Assembly: GCA_045595285.1 (NCBI GenBank)
Contig: JAZOAC010000164.1
Location: 11,386 to 75,385 of the forward strand
DNA: 64,000 nt
Origin: Kiritimatiellia bacterium
GTDB taxonomy: Bacteria > Verrucomicrobiota > Kiritimatiellia > RFP12 > UBA1067
Direction: 5' to 3'
The position numbers and the translations under genes are program-made. This document shows, piece after piece, positions 8,863 to 19,678 of the stretch; position 1 is the first letter of the stretch; each line of letters starts with the position of its first letter. The notes below the pieces were generated by a model. It ran no database searches, was not told the DNA's origin, and saw only the letters and a program-made list of their open reading frames with translations.

Positions 8863-10541
8863 CGATGGGCACGGACAGAAGAATCCACATGCAAGATCAG
8901 ACTCGACTCATCCGCAAACACCTTGTTGTGCGCTATTCGCGGAGTTCTGACCCTGAAAGCGTCGCCAGCCATGTTGGGATGCGGTGCGAAATGTTCGCTC
9001 GCCCCGGATATATCCACGCGCAGACGGTCCCCCTTGGACAGCCGAAATGCGTGATCTGCAAATCGGTAGCGAAGTTTGCGGCGATAGCCCGGACTGTACG
9101 GCGAATCGTACGCGAGAGAAGCGATATCGTCGCGCAGCAGCAACCATTTGCCGTCGCCCTTGTCGACGCATATGCGGATGTAGAAGCTGGAATCCTCGCA
9201 GTCGCTCGCGACGGAAAGCTCCGCTTCCATGCGGCCGCGCACATCCAGCCGTCCGTCAAGCGGCGGCAGAATGTAAGTGACCATATCGTCGCGTCCGGCA
9301 TGCGGCGGCTGTATCTGCATTCCCTTAAAGCAGATTCCGCCCGAACCAGGAAACTCAGGCGGTTTGCGCCGCGGATCGTAAGTGAACGAACCGGCTTCTT
9401 TACCCAATGTGAAGCGGACTTTCCGCGGACCGTCGGTAAGCTCCGGTTCGGTACGCCAGACGTTTTCCCAAAGCGCGTAATACCGCACCTTCCCCAACGG
9501 CATATTGTCGGATGAAGTTTTTTTGCGGATTGAATCAAACCAATCGACAGCGTCTGAATTACTTTCCGGGCGGGCGCCGCCGGGAAAGTCCGACACCATT
9601 CCCGCCGGGATGCCCTCCCGGCGTCCGCTGTGATCGCTTGCGTCAATCACCAACGAACAGTTCGCACGGCGCGATTCGGGCATTTCACGCCACATGGCAC
9701 ACACGCCGTCGGTATAGATATCGTAAAACGCGGTCCTGAGCAATACGGGCATAGTCGATTTCAACATCGCATTGCGAAACCCGGCACCACTGCCCGGCTC
9801 ATTTGAGCTCCAATAAGGGTCGTCGACACGGGGATGGCGAAGCACCGTATCAAACGACGGCACATCCTCACCCCAATACCGCACCGGGAAATCTGCAAGC
9901 GGAAACTGACGGTAGGTCACCGACGGGTCTCGTTTCAGCGCAAGATTCTTTTTCTTGTAGCACTTCTGGAACCAGCTTCCCGTGAGGGCGATTTTGAAGA
10001 AACCGTTGCGATAGCAGATATTATAGCGGTTGCAGTCCTGTACACCAAGCGACGCCCCCTTCACATCCGGCGGATCGGTGTCGAGATAAGAGAAGTGGAC
10101 ACTCGAGGAGTAGCTGGCACCATGAAGAAAAATCTCGCCGTTGTACCAAGGCAGTTTGCGCACGAAATCAAGGAGCGACAAACCGTCTGCCCGTTCGTTC
10201 TCGTACGGAATCCAATCACCTTCACTCATGCCGCATCCGCGGCAGTGCTGATACACACAGGCGTATCCGCGTTGAATGTATGCGCGACGCTCCTTCTCGA
10301 ACTTCGCGATATCCGCACGCTGCGGTTTCATATATGGAGTACGGGTTATGACGATCGGACATTTCCCGGCGTCGGCCGGAGCCACGCCTATCGTGTACAG
10401 CTTCACGCCGTCAGCCGCAGGCATGAACTCCTCGAACCATTGCACCTTGCATTTGTCCGACGCGGGATTTATCTTTACGTCCGCATTGACAGTCGAGCTT
10501 TGGATGAGAACCAAAACCGTTAAAACGATCAGTTTTTTCAT
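8859..10541 (-). CDS. CocE/NonD family serine hydrolase, exported
   Basis: ADGVKL, ITRTPY, QHCRGCGMSEG, nucleophile GASYS, C-terminal jelly-roll HAFRLSKGDRLRVDIS. Confidence 0.88.
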   Translation of the reverse strand: MKKLIVLTVLVLIQSSTVNADVKINPASDKCKVQWFEEFMPAADGVKLYTIGVAPADAGKCPIVITRTPYMKPQRADIAKFEKERRAYIQRGYACVYQHCRGCGMSEGDWIPYENERADGLSLLDFVRKLPWYNGEIFLHGASYSSSVHFSYLDTDPPDVKGASLGVQDCNRYNICYRNGFFKIALTGSWFQKCYKKKNLALKRDPSVTYRQFPLADFPVRYWGEDVPSFDTVLRHPRVDDPYWSSNEPGSGAGFRNAMLKSTMPVLLRTAFYDIYTDGVCAMWREMPESRRANCSLVIDASDHSGRREGIPAGMVSDFPGGARPESNSDAVDWFDSIRKKTSSDNMPLGKVRYYALWENVWRTEPELTDGPRKVRFTLGKEAGSFTYDPRRKPPEFPGSGGICFKGMQIQPPHAGRDDMVTYILPPLDGRLDVRGRMEAELSVASDCEDSSFYIRICVDKGDGKWLLLRDDIASLAYDSPYSPGYRRKLRYRFADHAFRLSKGDRLRVDISGASEHFAPHPNMAGDAFRVRTPRIAHNKVFADESSLILHVDSSVRAHR

Positions 10542-10610
10542 AATGGACTTTCTCTTTCCTTTCAAGTCACAATTTCCTTTAGGACCGAAATCATTCCTGC
10601 GCCATTTGCA

Positions 10611-13247
10611 TCACCGCAGTATGCGGGCGAAACTGTCACCGTACATCCTGCCGATGTTGAGCCGCCGAGGCGCAATGTGCGGTTTGTCGACATTCGGCCA
10701 CACGGAATTATCCTTTCCCTCGAACTGAATCCATCCGGGGCGGCGTTCATCCGACCCTCCCCACGACAAGGATGAGATCGTAAACTTCACAATGACGCCT
10801 TCTGCTGCGCTCTCAACGGAACGCGCAACAACCTCATGGCTTGGAGAGACCCGATTCCTGCTGCCGATGCCAGACGCCCTGACCGTACCGTCCGGCTGAA
10901 TCGAAAGCGTTCTGTACCAAGTGACGCCGGCCGCATCTAGGGTATTCATCAAGATCGGATTCTTGCCCTTAAGATGGATATCCACAGACATGTCGCCGTT
11001 CGGTTCGTCCTTCACCCGGAATCGGGAGCCCCCCGGCAGATCCGTCCATTCGCCGCCGGCACGGCAATGCGGCGCATTGCGTTCCAGATCGGACTCGGGA
11101 TACTCCCCGCCATCCTTCAGCACAGAGAGGATGCGAGCTATCTCCGAATGGGTTCTCGTCAAGCTGCGAAGGCGCCATTCGAGTTTCGCCGGGTGGTACT
11201 GATGAGCCTCGGCCTCCGAATGGAACCCGAGACGGGAATCCGCAACCGCAAGAGGAAGAAGCCTTGATGTCACAGCCTCTTCTTCGGACGCGATACGGTC
11301 CATTGTCTCGACAGCAGTTATCGCAGCGGCGGTGTTTTTACGCACGCGACTCTCATAGATGGCCTTCGCACGGCACGCGTAGAAACGCAGAATGTTGCAT
11401 CCGCTCTCGAACTGACACTGAAGCGCGCGCATAACCCCGATGTCCTTGATTCGCTCCGGATGTCCTTTCCATCGTTCGGCAAGCGAATCAAGGATATCGC
11501 TTCCCGAAGCGTCAAGCATCTGCGCCCCCTTCGCCATCCGCATCGCCAGCAAGGCCGCCTCTTCTATCGTATGATTCTCTAGCGCCTCGCCGATCGTGTC
11601 ACCGCTCGGAGGATCGAGCGGCTTCCACGTGCGGCCAAGCGGCAGAAGCCGCACATCGGCGTAGAGCGGCCATGCCGGACCTGCATGGAACGGACCGTAA
11701 TACTGCATATTGTTCGAAAGCGGATATTCGGCATAGGCATCTGACAGACGCTTCCATACACTGGCAACGAGTTCAGCGTCCCTGCCCCAGTATGGCGCGG
11801 CAAGCTTCCGGAGAAACGTATCTTCATCATCCGCAAAGTCGCTGAACGACAGTTCACCCGCCGCCTTGTTCATGATGCCCGGATAGTTGCCGAAAAACCA
11901 GCACTGAAGAACCGTCGAGACTCCCGCCTCCTTCATCGCCTTGTATTTCCGGTAGAGAAGCCCCGGCACCGGGACGAACGGCACTGTCGCAACCTCATGC
12001 GAATTGCCTACCTGTATCTTAGCGCCGATGCGAGACCCCGCGACCTTCCCGGCCTCGGCGACGGCTTTGAAGCCCTCCGCCGGCCCCACAAAGGACAGCC
12101 AGTAGTCACCGCCCGTCCGGCATCGGCCAAGCTGTTCCTTGACCGCACCCGACTCAAAGTTGTATATGAACGTCACTCCGTCTGGCACATGCCTGGCGCA
12201 GTCCGCGACCCATGGTGCGCGCTGCGGAAGGACTTGCGGCTGATAGAACCAGCTGATGTATTCCGCATTCGAACCTGCCGAACGGACACCACGGACCACC
12301 GCCTCAGAAGTGTTGCGGTATATCTGCCACGGTTCAAGATGCGCGCACTCCCGGCAGCATTTGTAATCCCAGTCGCGCGTCACGCCGTTAATGACGGAAA
12401 GGCATGTGGTGGGCCGCTCGCCGTGCGCGATCATCAACACTCCGCCAAGGTCTGGGACTTTGCCGAATACGTCGCGTACAGACTCCTCGATGTAACGCTG
12501 GACTTCCGGTTTCGCCGTGCACATCAATCTGCGATCATCACCGTAAGATGCCCCTCCGAACAATTCCGGATGTTCCACGAACAGAGGATCAGAAGGATAG
12601 ACACAGGCGGGTTCAATGCTGAACACCCACACCTTTATGCCGTATTTTTTGCACCGCTCAACCGTGCGACGGAGCTTTGCGATACGCCTGTCCGCATCAG
12701 GCGACTTTTTCGTGAACGATGTCTCGGCGATGTCTCGCCAAACGACGGTTATCCACAGCCCGTTGACTCCCTCGTGCGCAAGACGGTCGAGATACGCCTC
12801 AGGATAGTAGTCCACGTCATCCATCAGTTCATCTCGATTGAGAGGAGGGCGTTTGATGGGACTGAAGAAGCATCGCGATATGCGGTTCTTGACCCAGGGC
12901 TTGCGGATGCAGCTCTTGAGGTCTCCGGCACGCACCCGATCCTGATAGTAATAGACAGCCCTTCTCAACCCCTCGTCGTCCTCGGCGGTAATGGACACCT
13001 TGCCATCCTGCGCAATGTCGATGCGGTAGCTTTCCTCGCCGGCGACTTTTCCCCGAATGAAAGCCACGCCGTTAGTCGGTACCGGCACAAGCGCCTCCGG
13101 CCGGGCAAGGTCCTTCCTGAACCCCCAGCTTTCAATACCGGGATACGGCGGCGGAGCCTCATCCAGCTGGGCATCCGCTGCAAAAACACTTCCGCAGAAC
13201 ACCGCAACAGACATCGATAAGAATGTAAATGTGTGAAACGTCTTCAT
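10611..13247 (-). CDS. Exported hypothetical protein, putative glycoside hydrolase
   Basis: Signal peptide; EESYRIDI...ITAEDDEGLRRAVY resembles the GH20/GH67/GH115 N-terminal domain; TIM-barrel-like core. Confidence 0.6.
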   Translation of the reverse strand: MKTFHTFTFLSMSVAVFCGSVFAADAQLDEAPPPYPGIESWGFRKDLARPEALVPVPTNGVAFIRGKVAGEESYRIDIAQDGKVSITAEDDEGLRRAVYYYQDRVRAGDLKSCIRKPWVKNRISRCFFSPIKRPPLNRDELMDDVDYYPEAYLDRLAHEGVNGLWITVVWRDIAETSFTKKSPDADRRIAKLRRTVERCKKYGIKVWVFSIEPACVYPSDPLFVEHPELFGGASYGDDRRLMCTAKPEVQRYIEESVRDVFGKVPDLGGVLMIAHGERPTTCLSVINGVTRDWDYKCCRECAHLEPWQIYRNTSEAVVRGVRSAGSNAEYISWFYQPQVLPQRAPWVADCARHVPDGVTFIYNFESGAVKEQLGRCRTGGDYWLSFVGPAEGFKAVAEAGKVAGSRIGAKIQVGNSHEVATVPFVPVPGLLYRKYKAMKEAGVSTVLQCWFFGNYPGIMNKAAGELSFSDFADDEDTFLRKLAAPYWGRDAELVASVWKRLSDAYAEYPLSNNMQYYGPFHAGPAWPLYADVRLLPLGRTWKPLDPPSGDTIGEALENHTIEEAALLAMRMAKGAQMLDASGSDILDSLAERWKGHPERIKDIGVMRALQCQFESGCNILRFYACRAKAIYESRVRKNTAAAITAVETMDRIASEEEAVTSRLLPLAVADSRLGFHSEAEAHQYHPAKLEWRLRSLTRTHSEIARILSVLKDGGEYPESDLERNAPHCRAGGEWTDLPGGSRFRVKDEPNGDMSVDIHLKGKNPILMNTLDAAGVTWYRTLSIQPDGTVRASGIGSRNRVSPSHEVVARSVESAAEGVIVKFTISSLSWGGSDERRPGWIQFEGKDNSVWPNVDKPHIAPRRLNIGRMYGDSFARILR

Positions 13248-13279
13248 TTTTTCCTCATTTCCGTTTAAACAAGCTACAC

Positions 13280-16189
13280 TTAAAAATCATATGTTTTGTG
13301 AAACGGCATAAACGGCTTTACAGCTCTGCGCTCGCCGAACAGTGCATCAAGCCTGGAACATTTCTTGACCTGAGGCAGAAAATAAAACGAACCTTCGAGC
13401 TTTTCTCCCGCCTTCACATCGCCCATATTCCTCGGCACATTGAACTTGCACGCTTTGCCGGCGACAAATGCATTGTGGGCAAGGAGCGTATTCTCACCGC
13501 GACGTTCAAAGGCAATATCGGCAGATACCGACGGAACCACCGCAACTTCACTACCATCATCCGAACTTGCAAGCAGAAGGCGGACATCGCGCCGATTGCC
13601 TGAAAAATACAAATCATCCCTGTTCAGAGCCCAAATCCCAAACTCAGAGAGCGTTGATGCCAACGGATAGCACTCGTAGGGTCCAAGCCCCACCCAATCG
13701 AAACGGTTGAACTTTCCGGGCAGCTGAAGTGCGATACCGGTCTCGACAAGTTTGCGTTCACAGGCGTAACCCAAGGAATAATCCACGCGAATGCGGTTGT
13801 CTTCCACCGTAAAACGGACCTTTCCGTGAAGTTCACGAAGAATGTCTGTCTTCTCCTTGAGGGTGAACTCCTCCGGTTTCCAGCAAAGATCAAGAACAAG
13901 GGAAGACTCCGAATTTGAAACAACCTTAACCTGCGACGGTTCAAGCGCATTCGGCGTCCAGCGGTCAAACTGTTTTGTCTTACGGTCTTTGGAAAGCATC
14001 GGCCTGCGGTCTACACGGGCAACAACCGGAGTGCGCAAAAGTTCCTTCCCTTCGCCCAGAAACACAACCTGTCTGGACACATCATCAAACCTAAGCGTCA
14101 AACGCGGAGATGCCGTCAGCACCGGAAGCGATACTTTCAGGGGATAAGAGCGTTCATAAACCGCTCTACCGTCACGGCGCCGCATAAACGAAACTTCAAC
14201 ACGCCACAGCGAAGCGTCAACCTCAGGTACATTGCCGATGACCTCCAGAGAGCCCTTCCCGTGCGGAACGACCGCAGGCAGCTTCACATTCCCGTCCGCA
14301 ACCTGCCTGCGATCGGCGAATAGCCTCCAGACACCAACCAGCCCCTTGTCCAGCGCAAGAGTGTCCTGCCGATTCTCAACCGGTATCGACAGCGAAAATG
14401 CGTTGCCTTTCAACGTCGATTCCGTCGCCTCTGCAAGCCTCACCGGAGCATAGACCTTGCGCATTTCAAAATAGTCGCTCTGCGGCGTACGGTCGGAATA
14501 GACGACTCCGTCCGTCCCAAGGCTCCTGGCCGAATCCCACACATGCCGCGAATCTGGCCATACGCAATTCTCCCGCTCCTCAGCAGTCATGTCATCAACC
14601 TTACGGATGATACCCTGATCATTGAACATCCAGACAGCTCCGCCCGCATAGGAAGGGTCGTTCCACATCATTTCACTCCAATACCACTCGAGCAATCCGA
14701 AATCCAATCCGTATGCGTGGGCATATTCCCCTGAAAGATAAGGGCGGTCGAATCTGGAGAAATATCCGCTTTTCAGTTCCTCCGGCTCTCCGCATATCGC
14801 CGGGTAGTGCCAATTCACAAGATCGCCCAACTCTGATACCGGACGCTTCTCCAGTTCTCTCAAAAGCTCCCGCGGCTGCATGGGGAAACACCATGGACGG
14901 GACGGATCCATTGCTTTCACTCTCTTTGCCGTCTCCAGTGAAATCGGAGTAATGTGATTTTCGTTACCGACGCTCCAGATGATTACCGATGCGCGGTTTA
15001 TGTCTCGCGCAAGGGTCAATTCGGCACGTTCGAGAAGAATCGGCCCGTATGACGAATCATCAAGGAAACGATTGCCAAGGCCAAACGGAACTTCGTCCAT
15101 CACATAAATGCCAAGTTCATCGCAGGCATCCAAAAGAGCCTTTGACGGCGGATAGTGGCTTGTGCGTATGAAATTGCAGTTTGCCGCATTTATAAGCTCA
15201 GCATCCCTGCGCTGTTCCGCATCAGTGATCGCCCTGCCGTTGATATGCGACAGATCATGATGGTTAACTCCTCGTAGTTTTACCGGCATGCCGTTCACCT
15301 TCAGCACACCGCCGTTCCAGGAAATTTCCCGCAACCCCACCTTGGAACGACGGGTTTCGCAAATTCTTCCGTTCTCGTTCCGGACAATAAATTCCAGATT
15401 GTAGAGTTCAGGCGCTTCCGCACTCCAGAATCTGGCATCCTTTACCATCATCTTCGCATTCGCTTTCGCGCCAGCCGTCGCACCGGCAGAGCTCGCCACC
15501 AGTCGGCCGGAAGAATCGAATATCCGCGTCTCCACGTTTCCTTTCTGTGAAAGCTCGCTCTCGATGGAAACCAACGCATTGCGACCGTCGACTTTGGTGG
15601 AGATGCGCCACTTCGCCAGATGAAGTTGAGGACGATGAAAAACGACCACACTGCGGAAAATGCCGTGCAACGTCCAGTCGTCATTGGTATCAAATTCCGC
15701 CCCCTTGGGATGACCGTTCGTACGGACGGCAATGGTGTTCTCGCCGCTGCGATTCACAAACGGAGTGATGTCCAGCTCGTTGGCGTTGAACGAACTGGTG
15801 AAACTGCCGGCCTCACGTCCGTTCACCCACACCTTTGCGCCGAACATTACACCTTCAAAGCGTATGCGCACAATCCCATCCTGCGGCCATGAATCCGGCA
15901 GGGTGAAACGCCGCACATAAAGACCGGACTCACCGGATATCTTTTCATCGTAGAGCGGCTTTCCGAAGCCTTTCATCTCCCAGCAGGACGGAACATCAAT
16001 CAGATCCCACCGAGAAACGTCAAAGTCCTTACCCCAAAAGGTGTCCGCAGGGGATTCCTTCTCGCTTGCCAACAGCTTGAAGCTCCACTTTCCGTCCAGC
16101 TTCATTTCATTTTCGCGTTCGCACATCCGATCTTCCGTCACGCAAGCCGCGAGAAGAAACCCCGACACCAATAATGCCAATCTCTTCAT
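13280..16189 (-). CDS. Glycoside hydrolase family 2 (beta-galactosidase-like), lipoprotein
   Basis: LLAAC lipobox; LRGVNHHD, IRTSHYPP, WSVGNE acid/base, GEYAHAYG nucleophile, DGVVYSDRTP. Confidence 0.92.
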   Translation of the reverse strand: MKRLALLVSGFLLAACVTEDRMCERENEMKLDGKWSFKLLASEKESPADTFWGKDFDVSRWDLIDVPSCWEMKGFGKPLYDEKISGESGLYVRRFTLPDSWPQDGIVRIRFEGVMFGAKVWVNGREAGSFTSSFNANELDITPFVNRSGENTIAVRTNGHPKGAEFDTNDDWTLHGIFRSVVVFHRPQLHLAKWRISTKVDGRNALVSIESELSQKGNVETRIFDSSGRLVASSAGATAGAKANAKMMVKDARFWSAEAPELYNLEFIVRNENGRICETRRSKVGLREISWNGGVLKVNGMPVKLRGVNHHDLSHINGRAITDAEQRRDAELINAANCNFIRTSHYPPSKALLDACDELGIYVMDEVPFGLGNRFLDDSSYGPILLERAELTLARDINRASVIIWSVGNENHITPISLETAKRVKAMDPSRPWCFPMQPRELLRELEKRPVSELGDLVNWHYPAICGEPEELKSGYFSRFDRPYLSGEYAHAYGLDFGLLEWYWSEMMWNDPSYAGGAVWMFNDQGIIRKVDDMTAEERENCVWPDSRHVWDSARSLGTDGVVYSDRTPQSDYFEMRKVYAPVRLAEATESTLKGNAFSLSIPVENRQDTLALDKGLVGVWRLFADRRQVADGNVKLPAVVPHGKGSLEVIGNVPEVDASLWRVEVSFMRRRDGRAVYERSYPLKVSLPVLTASPRLTLRFDDVSRQVVFLGEGKELLRTPVVARVDRRPMLSKDRKTKQFDRWTPNALEPSQVKVVSNSESSLVLDLCWKPEEFTLKEKTDILRELHGKVRFTVEDNRIRVDYSLGYACERKLVETGIALQLPGKFNRFDWVGLGPYECYPLASTLSEFGIWALNRDDLYFSGNRRDVRLLLASSDDGSEVAVVPSVSADIAFERRGENTLLAHNAFVAGKACKFNVPRNMGDVKAGEKLEGSFYFLPQVKKCSRLDALFGERRAVKPFMPFHKTYDF

Positions 16190-16281
16190 CTTCTACCCAT
16201 CTTTCATTACTCTCTTTTTACTCTTTACCCTTTTCTCTTTACCCTTTACCCTTTTCTCTCCATTCATTACTCATCTCTCCA

Positions 16282-17931
16282 TCACAAATCGATCATACAC
16301 CCGGCGACCAGATCATCGGATCGGAAGCGCTCCTTCCCGTCCACAAACACGGCAAAACCTTTGCCCGCTTTATAATACTCGCCAGTGCGATCCCACACAA
16401 CCGTTACGTTGCGAGCGTGATACAGGAGATTTGAAAGCTTGAAATACCGCCAATGCCGAGATGCCAACGGACGGATCTCAAGGCGATTACCGATATGCGG
16501 AACGATTCCGCAGAGCCCAGAAATTACAAGATCGCAGAATGAAGAGTGGTTGTAGTCTTTGCCGCGGTGGTATCGGCTATGCATTTTCTTTATTCGGTAT
16601 ATTGTCCGGGCCACCCATTCTCCGGTAAACGGATCCCAGTCTTCGTCGATCCAGCTTACGGCACGTCCATCTGGACGATGAATGACATGGGCGGCGGCGT
16701 ATTGATGCAGAAGCACAAGATAATCCCTTGAATCAACCGGCAGACCGTCACCGGAACGCAATGCATTGGCGAGCGCCGTCAGTACAAGCGACGTTTCATA
16801 CGGCCAGCTCGGACCATCACGGCGGCATGCGGCGCGGTTGGCGTCATATCCCATGACAAAACCTGGCGCGGTCTGCTCCGGATTCGTCAGACCGCACGGC
16901 GCAAGAAAACCCTTTGTGTCCATGATCCATGACCATGCTGTGCCGAACCCCTTGAGCGGCATGTTGAAATACCACGGGGAATACCCGAACAGCTCACGGA
17001 CATCCTTGTGCACCCCTTCCAGGGAACGGGTTGTGAAAAAGCCGCGTTGACCATTCCATAGCTGCGTTTTCATGTTTCGCTCCAGCTCGGACGCTTTCTC
17101 CTCAAATTCAGAAGCGACATCCTCGCATCCCGCAAGCCGTGCAATCTCGGCGATGGCATGCGCATCTCCCCACATGGCTGAATTGACGAGCGGTCTGCAC
17201 CCGTCTCCGGAAAGCGAATTCTCGCTGCCCTCACGGTCGTCCGTGGATGCGAAAAGACCGTTCGCCTTCTGCCCCATCGGAAACATCACTGCCGGTCGGT
17301 CGGGATACAGACAGCGATCCACATACGCCTTGCGCTCCCAGCCCTCGGCCCATGTGCGCCAGTTGCGGACCATGGGATCAAGCAGCGATTTCACCACTTC
17401 CAGATCGCCGGACACCCGTGCCGCCGCAAGTATCGCATGAGCAGGCCAGCATACGTACGCGCGTTTCCCGGACATCGTTCCATCCGTGAACCAGAACCGG
17501 GAATAGTCGGAGATGTACCGACGGTCCCTAAGCCATCTGCCTTCCATGATATGGTGGCCCGCCGCACAGTTGATCGTGTTGTACGCTCCGGCCCATCCCA
17601 CATCCGGAAGAAATTCGGTAACGACATATCCTTTGGGAGTAAGCTTAAGATGCCGGCGGAATGTCCACCACCTGAAATAGTACGCCCGCTCAATCTCTTT
17701 ATCCGGACATTCAAGGAGCGGTATGTTCTCGTTCAAAAAATCAAACGCCTTGCTGTTTGGGATGGCATTTGTGTGATGCTCCACGTCATCGGCATTGAAT
17801 CTGTCGACATACATCCTCAAAACGCCGGAACCGTCTATCGGCGCACTTGCCGAATCGGCATCGCATTGCGCCGCCCAAAGCGGGCTTATCGACAAAGCCA
17901 CCGCCATTCCAACAAAAAATTCACGTCTCAT
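16282..17931 (-). CDS. MGH1-like (GH63-related) (alpha/alpha)6 glycoside hydrolase
   Basis: YYFRWWTFRRH, AAGHHIMEGRWL, RELFGYSPWYF, DGPSWPY, DYNHSSFCDLVISGL. Confidence 0.75.
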   Translation of the reverse strand: MRREFFVGMAVALSISPLWAAQCDADSASAPIDGSGVLRMYVDRFNADDVEHHTNAIPNSKAFDFLNENIPLLECPDKEIERAYYFRWWTFRRHLKLTPKGYVVTEFLPDVGWAGAYNTINCAAGHHIMEGRWLRDRRYISDYSRFWFTDGTMSGKRAYVCWPAHAILAAARVSGDLEVVKSLLDPMVRNWRTWAEGWERKAYVDRCLYPDRPAVMFPMGQKANGLFASTDDREGSENSLSGDGCRPLVNSAMWGDAHAIAEIARLAGCEDVASEFEEKASELERNMKTQLWNGQRGFFTTRSLEGVHKDVRELFGYSPWYFNMPLKGFGTAWSWIMDTKGFLAPCGLTNPEQTAPGFVMGYDANRAACRRDGPSWPYETSLVLTALANALRSGDGLPVDSRDYLVLLHQYAAAHVIHRPDGRAVSWIDEDWDPFTGEWVARTIYRIKKMHSRYHRGKDYNHSSFCDLVISGLCGIVPHIGNRLEIRPLASRHWRYFKLSNLLYHARNVTVVWDRTGEYYKAGKGFAVFVDGKERFRSDDLVAGCMIDL

Positions 17932-18016
17932 TCTCATCTCTCTCTTTACCCTTTTCTCTTTACCCTTTACTCTCATCACTGCAATCCAAAATTCATACTC
18001 GCATTAAATACACTCT

Positions 18017-18051
18017 GCCGCAGTTCCGACCCGAAGGATCGGAACTGCGGC
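18017..18051. terminator. Strong hairpin downstream of the Gfo/Idh/MocA gene
   Basis: GCCGCAGTTCCGA-CCCGAAGGA-TCGGAACTGCGGC, perfect 13-bp stem; no clear U tract, so may be a stabilising/pause hairpin. Confidence 0.6.
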
Positions 18052-18064
18052 CTGAACAGCGGAA

Positions 18065-19612
18065 TCAGAATTCGAATCCGCTGCGCATATACGGCTTGAT
18101 GAGCGCGTTGGCCTGCGCGTTGTCGAAGCTCTGCTTGCAGGAATTCCAGTTGAGCTTACCGGGCACCTGCTGTGCGACCACACCGCAAAGCACGCTTTCC
18201 ATCATCGGAATTGAGAAATCGACATCCGAGAAGCAACGCGAACCGGTTTCGGCATACCTGGGACCATCGCCGTTGATCGCGTTGAGGAATTCCAGATAGT
18301 GACCGTCGTTGTCGGCCGCCGCCACGCCGGCGCCGCCCATCTCCTTCACGCCGACCGAACCTTCGTTGCAGCGCGGAATCGACCGGGCGATATCCTGAAC
18401 GGCGGGATGCTTTTCGATATCCTGCATCACCTTCTCGCCCTTCATGGCGATGGTGGAATACTTACCATAGTCGTTGGTGGAGCAGAGCGTACCCTTCGTA
18501 CCGATGAGAATGCAACCGGTATTCGGAACCTTGCCGTCGGGCATGAGGTCGGCGGAAGGCTTATGATTGCCGTCGTACCAGTAGAGCGTAACCGCCGGAA
18601 GTTTCGCATTGCGGAACTTGGAGCAACGTTCGGCGAAAGTCATCTTCACGATCGACTTGGTCGGGAATGAGACATCGTTCTTCTCTTCGATCATGGTGCA
18701 TTCAACATCCGTCACCTTGCCGAGCTCAAGCCCGCGGAAAGGCAGGTTCATCGTATGGCAGGCCATATCGCCGAACGCGCCGCAGCCGAAATCGAGGAAA
18801 CCGCGCCAGTTGAACGTGTGATAGACGTTCTGCCCGTAGCGCTTCTTGGGATTGCGGGGATTGAACGTGGGGCATTCATCCGGGAGTTTACCCTTATAGT
18901 TGCGCATCGCCGCCGTACCGATCCAGGAATCCCAATCAAGGCCGGCGGGAATGGGATCAGCGGCACCGGCGGTAACCTTCTTCGCCCAAAGACCCTGCGG
19001 CCATACGGGGCGGTTGGTCCATACATGCACTTCCTTGACATCGCCGAGAATTCCGCTGCGCACGATCTCCACGCCGCGGCGGAAGCCGCCGAACGCCGAT
19101 CCCTGGTTGCCCATCTGCGTTATTACGTCATATTCCTTGGCGGTGTCGTAGAAGTATTTCGCCTCCCAAAGCGTACGCACCAGCGGCTTCTGCACATAGC
19201 AGTGAATACCCATCTTCATGGCGCGGATGGACTGCGCCGCGTGCATGTGGTCGGGCGTAGAAATCGTCATCGCGTCAATCTTGAGTTTAGACTGGTCGTC
19301 AAGCATCTTGCGGTAATCCGTGTAGAACGGCACCTTGGCGAGCATATCGACCAAACCCAGTTCTTTCACCATCTTGTGGGTGAGCACTGCGGTGCGCTGA
19401 TTGGCGTCGGCGTCGCAGAATGCCACGAGCTCGACCATGCCCGATTTCACCATAGGCATCCAGTCGGAAAAGCCCTTGCCCATGATGCCGACCGCCGCAA
19501 GACGGATCTTGCCGCCGCGCTTGCACCAGCTGCAGCATCCTCCCATCGCGCCGAACGCGGCAACGCCGCCGACTCCGCGCAGGAAATCCCTTCTTGATGT
19601 GTTGAATATCAT
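18065..19612 (-). CDS. Gfo/Idh/MocA family oxidoreductase, Tat signal
   Basis: SRRDFL; AAVGIMGKG; STPDHMHA; YVQKPL; TQMGNQG; GDMACH. Confidence 0.92.
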   Translation of the reverse strand: MIFNTSRRDFLRGVGGVAAFGAMGGCCSWCKRGGKIRLAAVGIMGKGFSDWMPMVKSGMVELVAFCDADANQRTAVLTHKMVKELGLVDMLAKVPFYTDYRKMLDDQSKLKIDAMTISTPDHMHAAQSIRAMKMGIHCYVQKPLVRTLWEAKYFYDTAKEYDVITQMGNQGSAFGGFRRGVEIVRSGILGDVKEVHVWTNRPVWPQGLWAKKVTAGAADPIPAGLDWDSWIGTAAMRNYKGKLPDECPTFNPRNPKKRYGQNVYHTFNWRGFLDFGCGAFGDMACHTMNLPFRGLELGKVTDVECTMIEEKNDVSFPTKSIVKMTFAERCSKFRNAKLPAVTLYWYDGNHKPSADLMPDGKVPNTGCILIGTKGTLCSTNDYGKYSTIAMKGEKVMQDIEKHPAVQDIARSIPRCNEGSVGVKEMGGAGVAAADNDGHYLEFLNAINGDGPRYAETGSRCFSDVDFSIPMMESVLCGVVAQQVPGKLNWNSCKQSFDNAQANALIKPYMRSGFEF

Positions 19613-19678
19613 TTTTACTCCTTTTGTTTTATTTGTCAGAAAAAAAAACTTGATAGATTTTATCACACCACCAAATCG

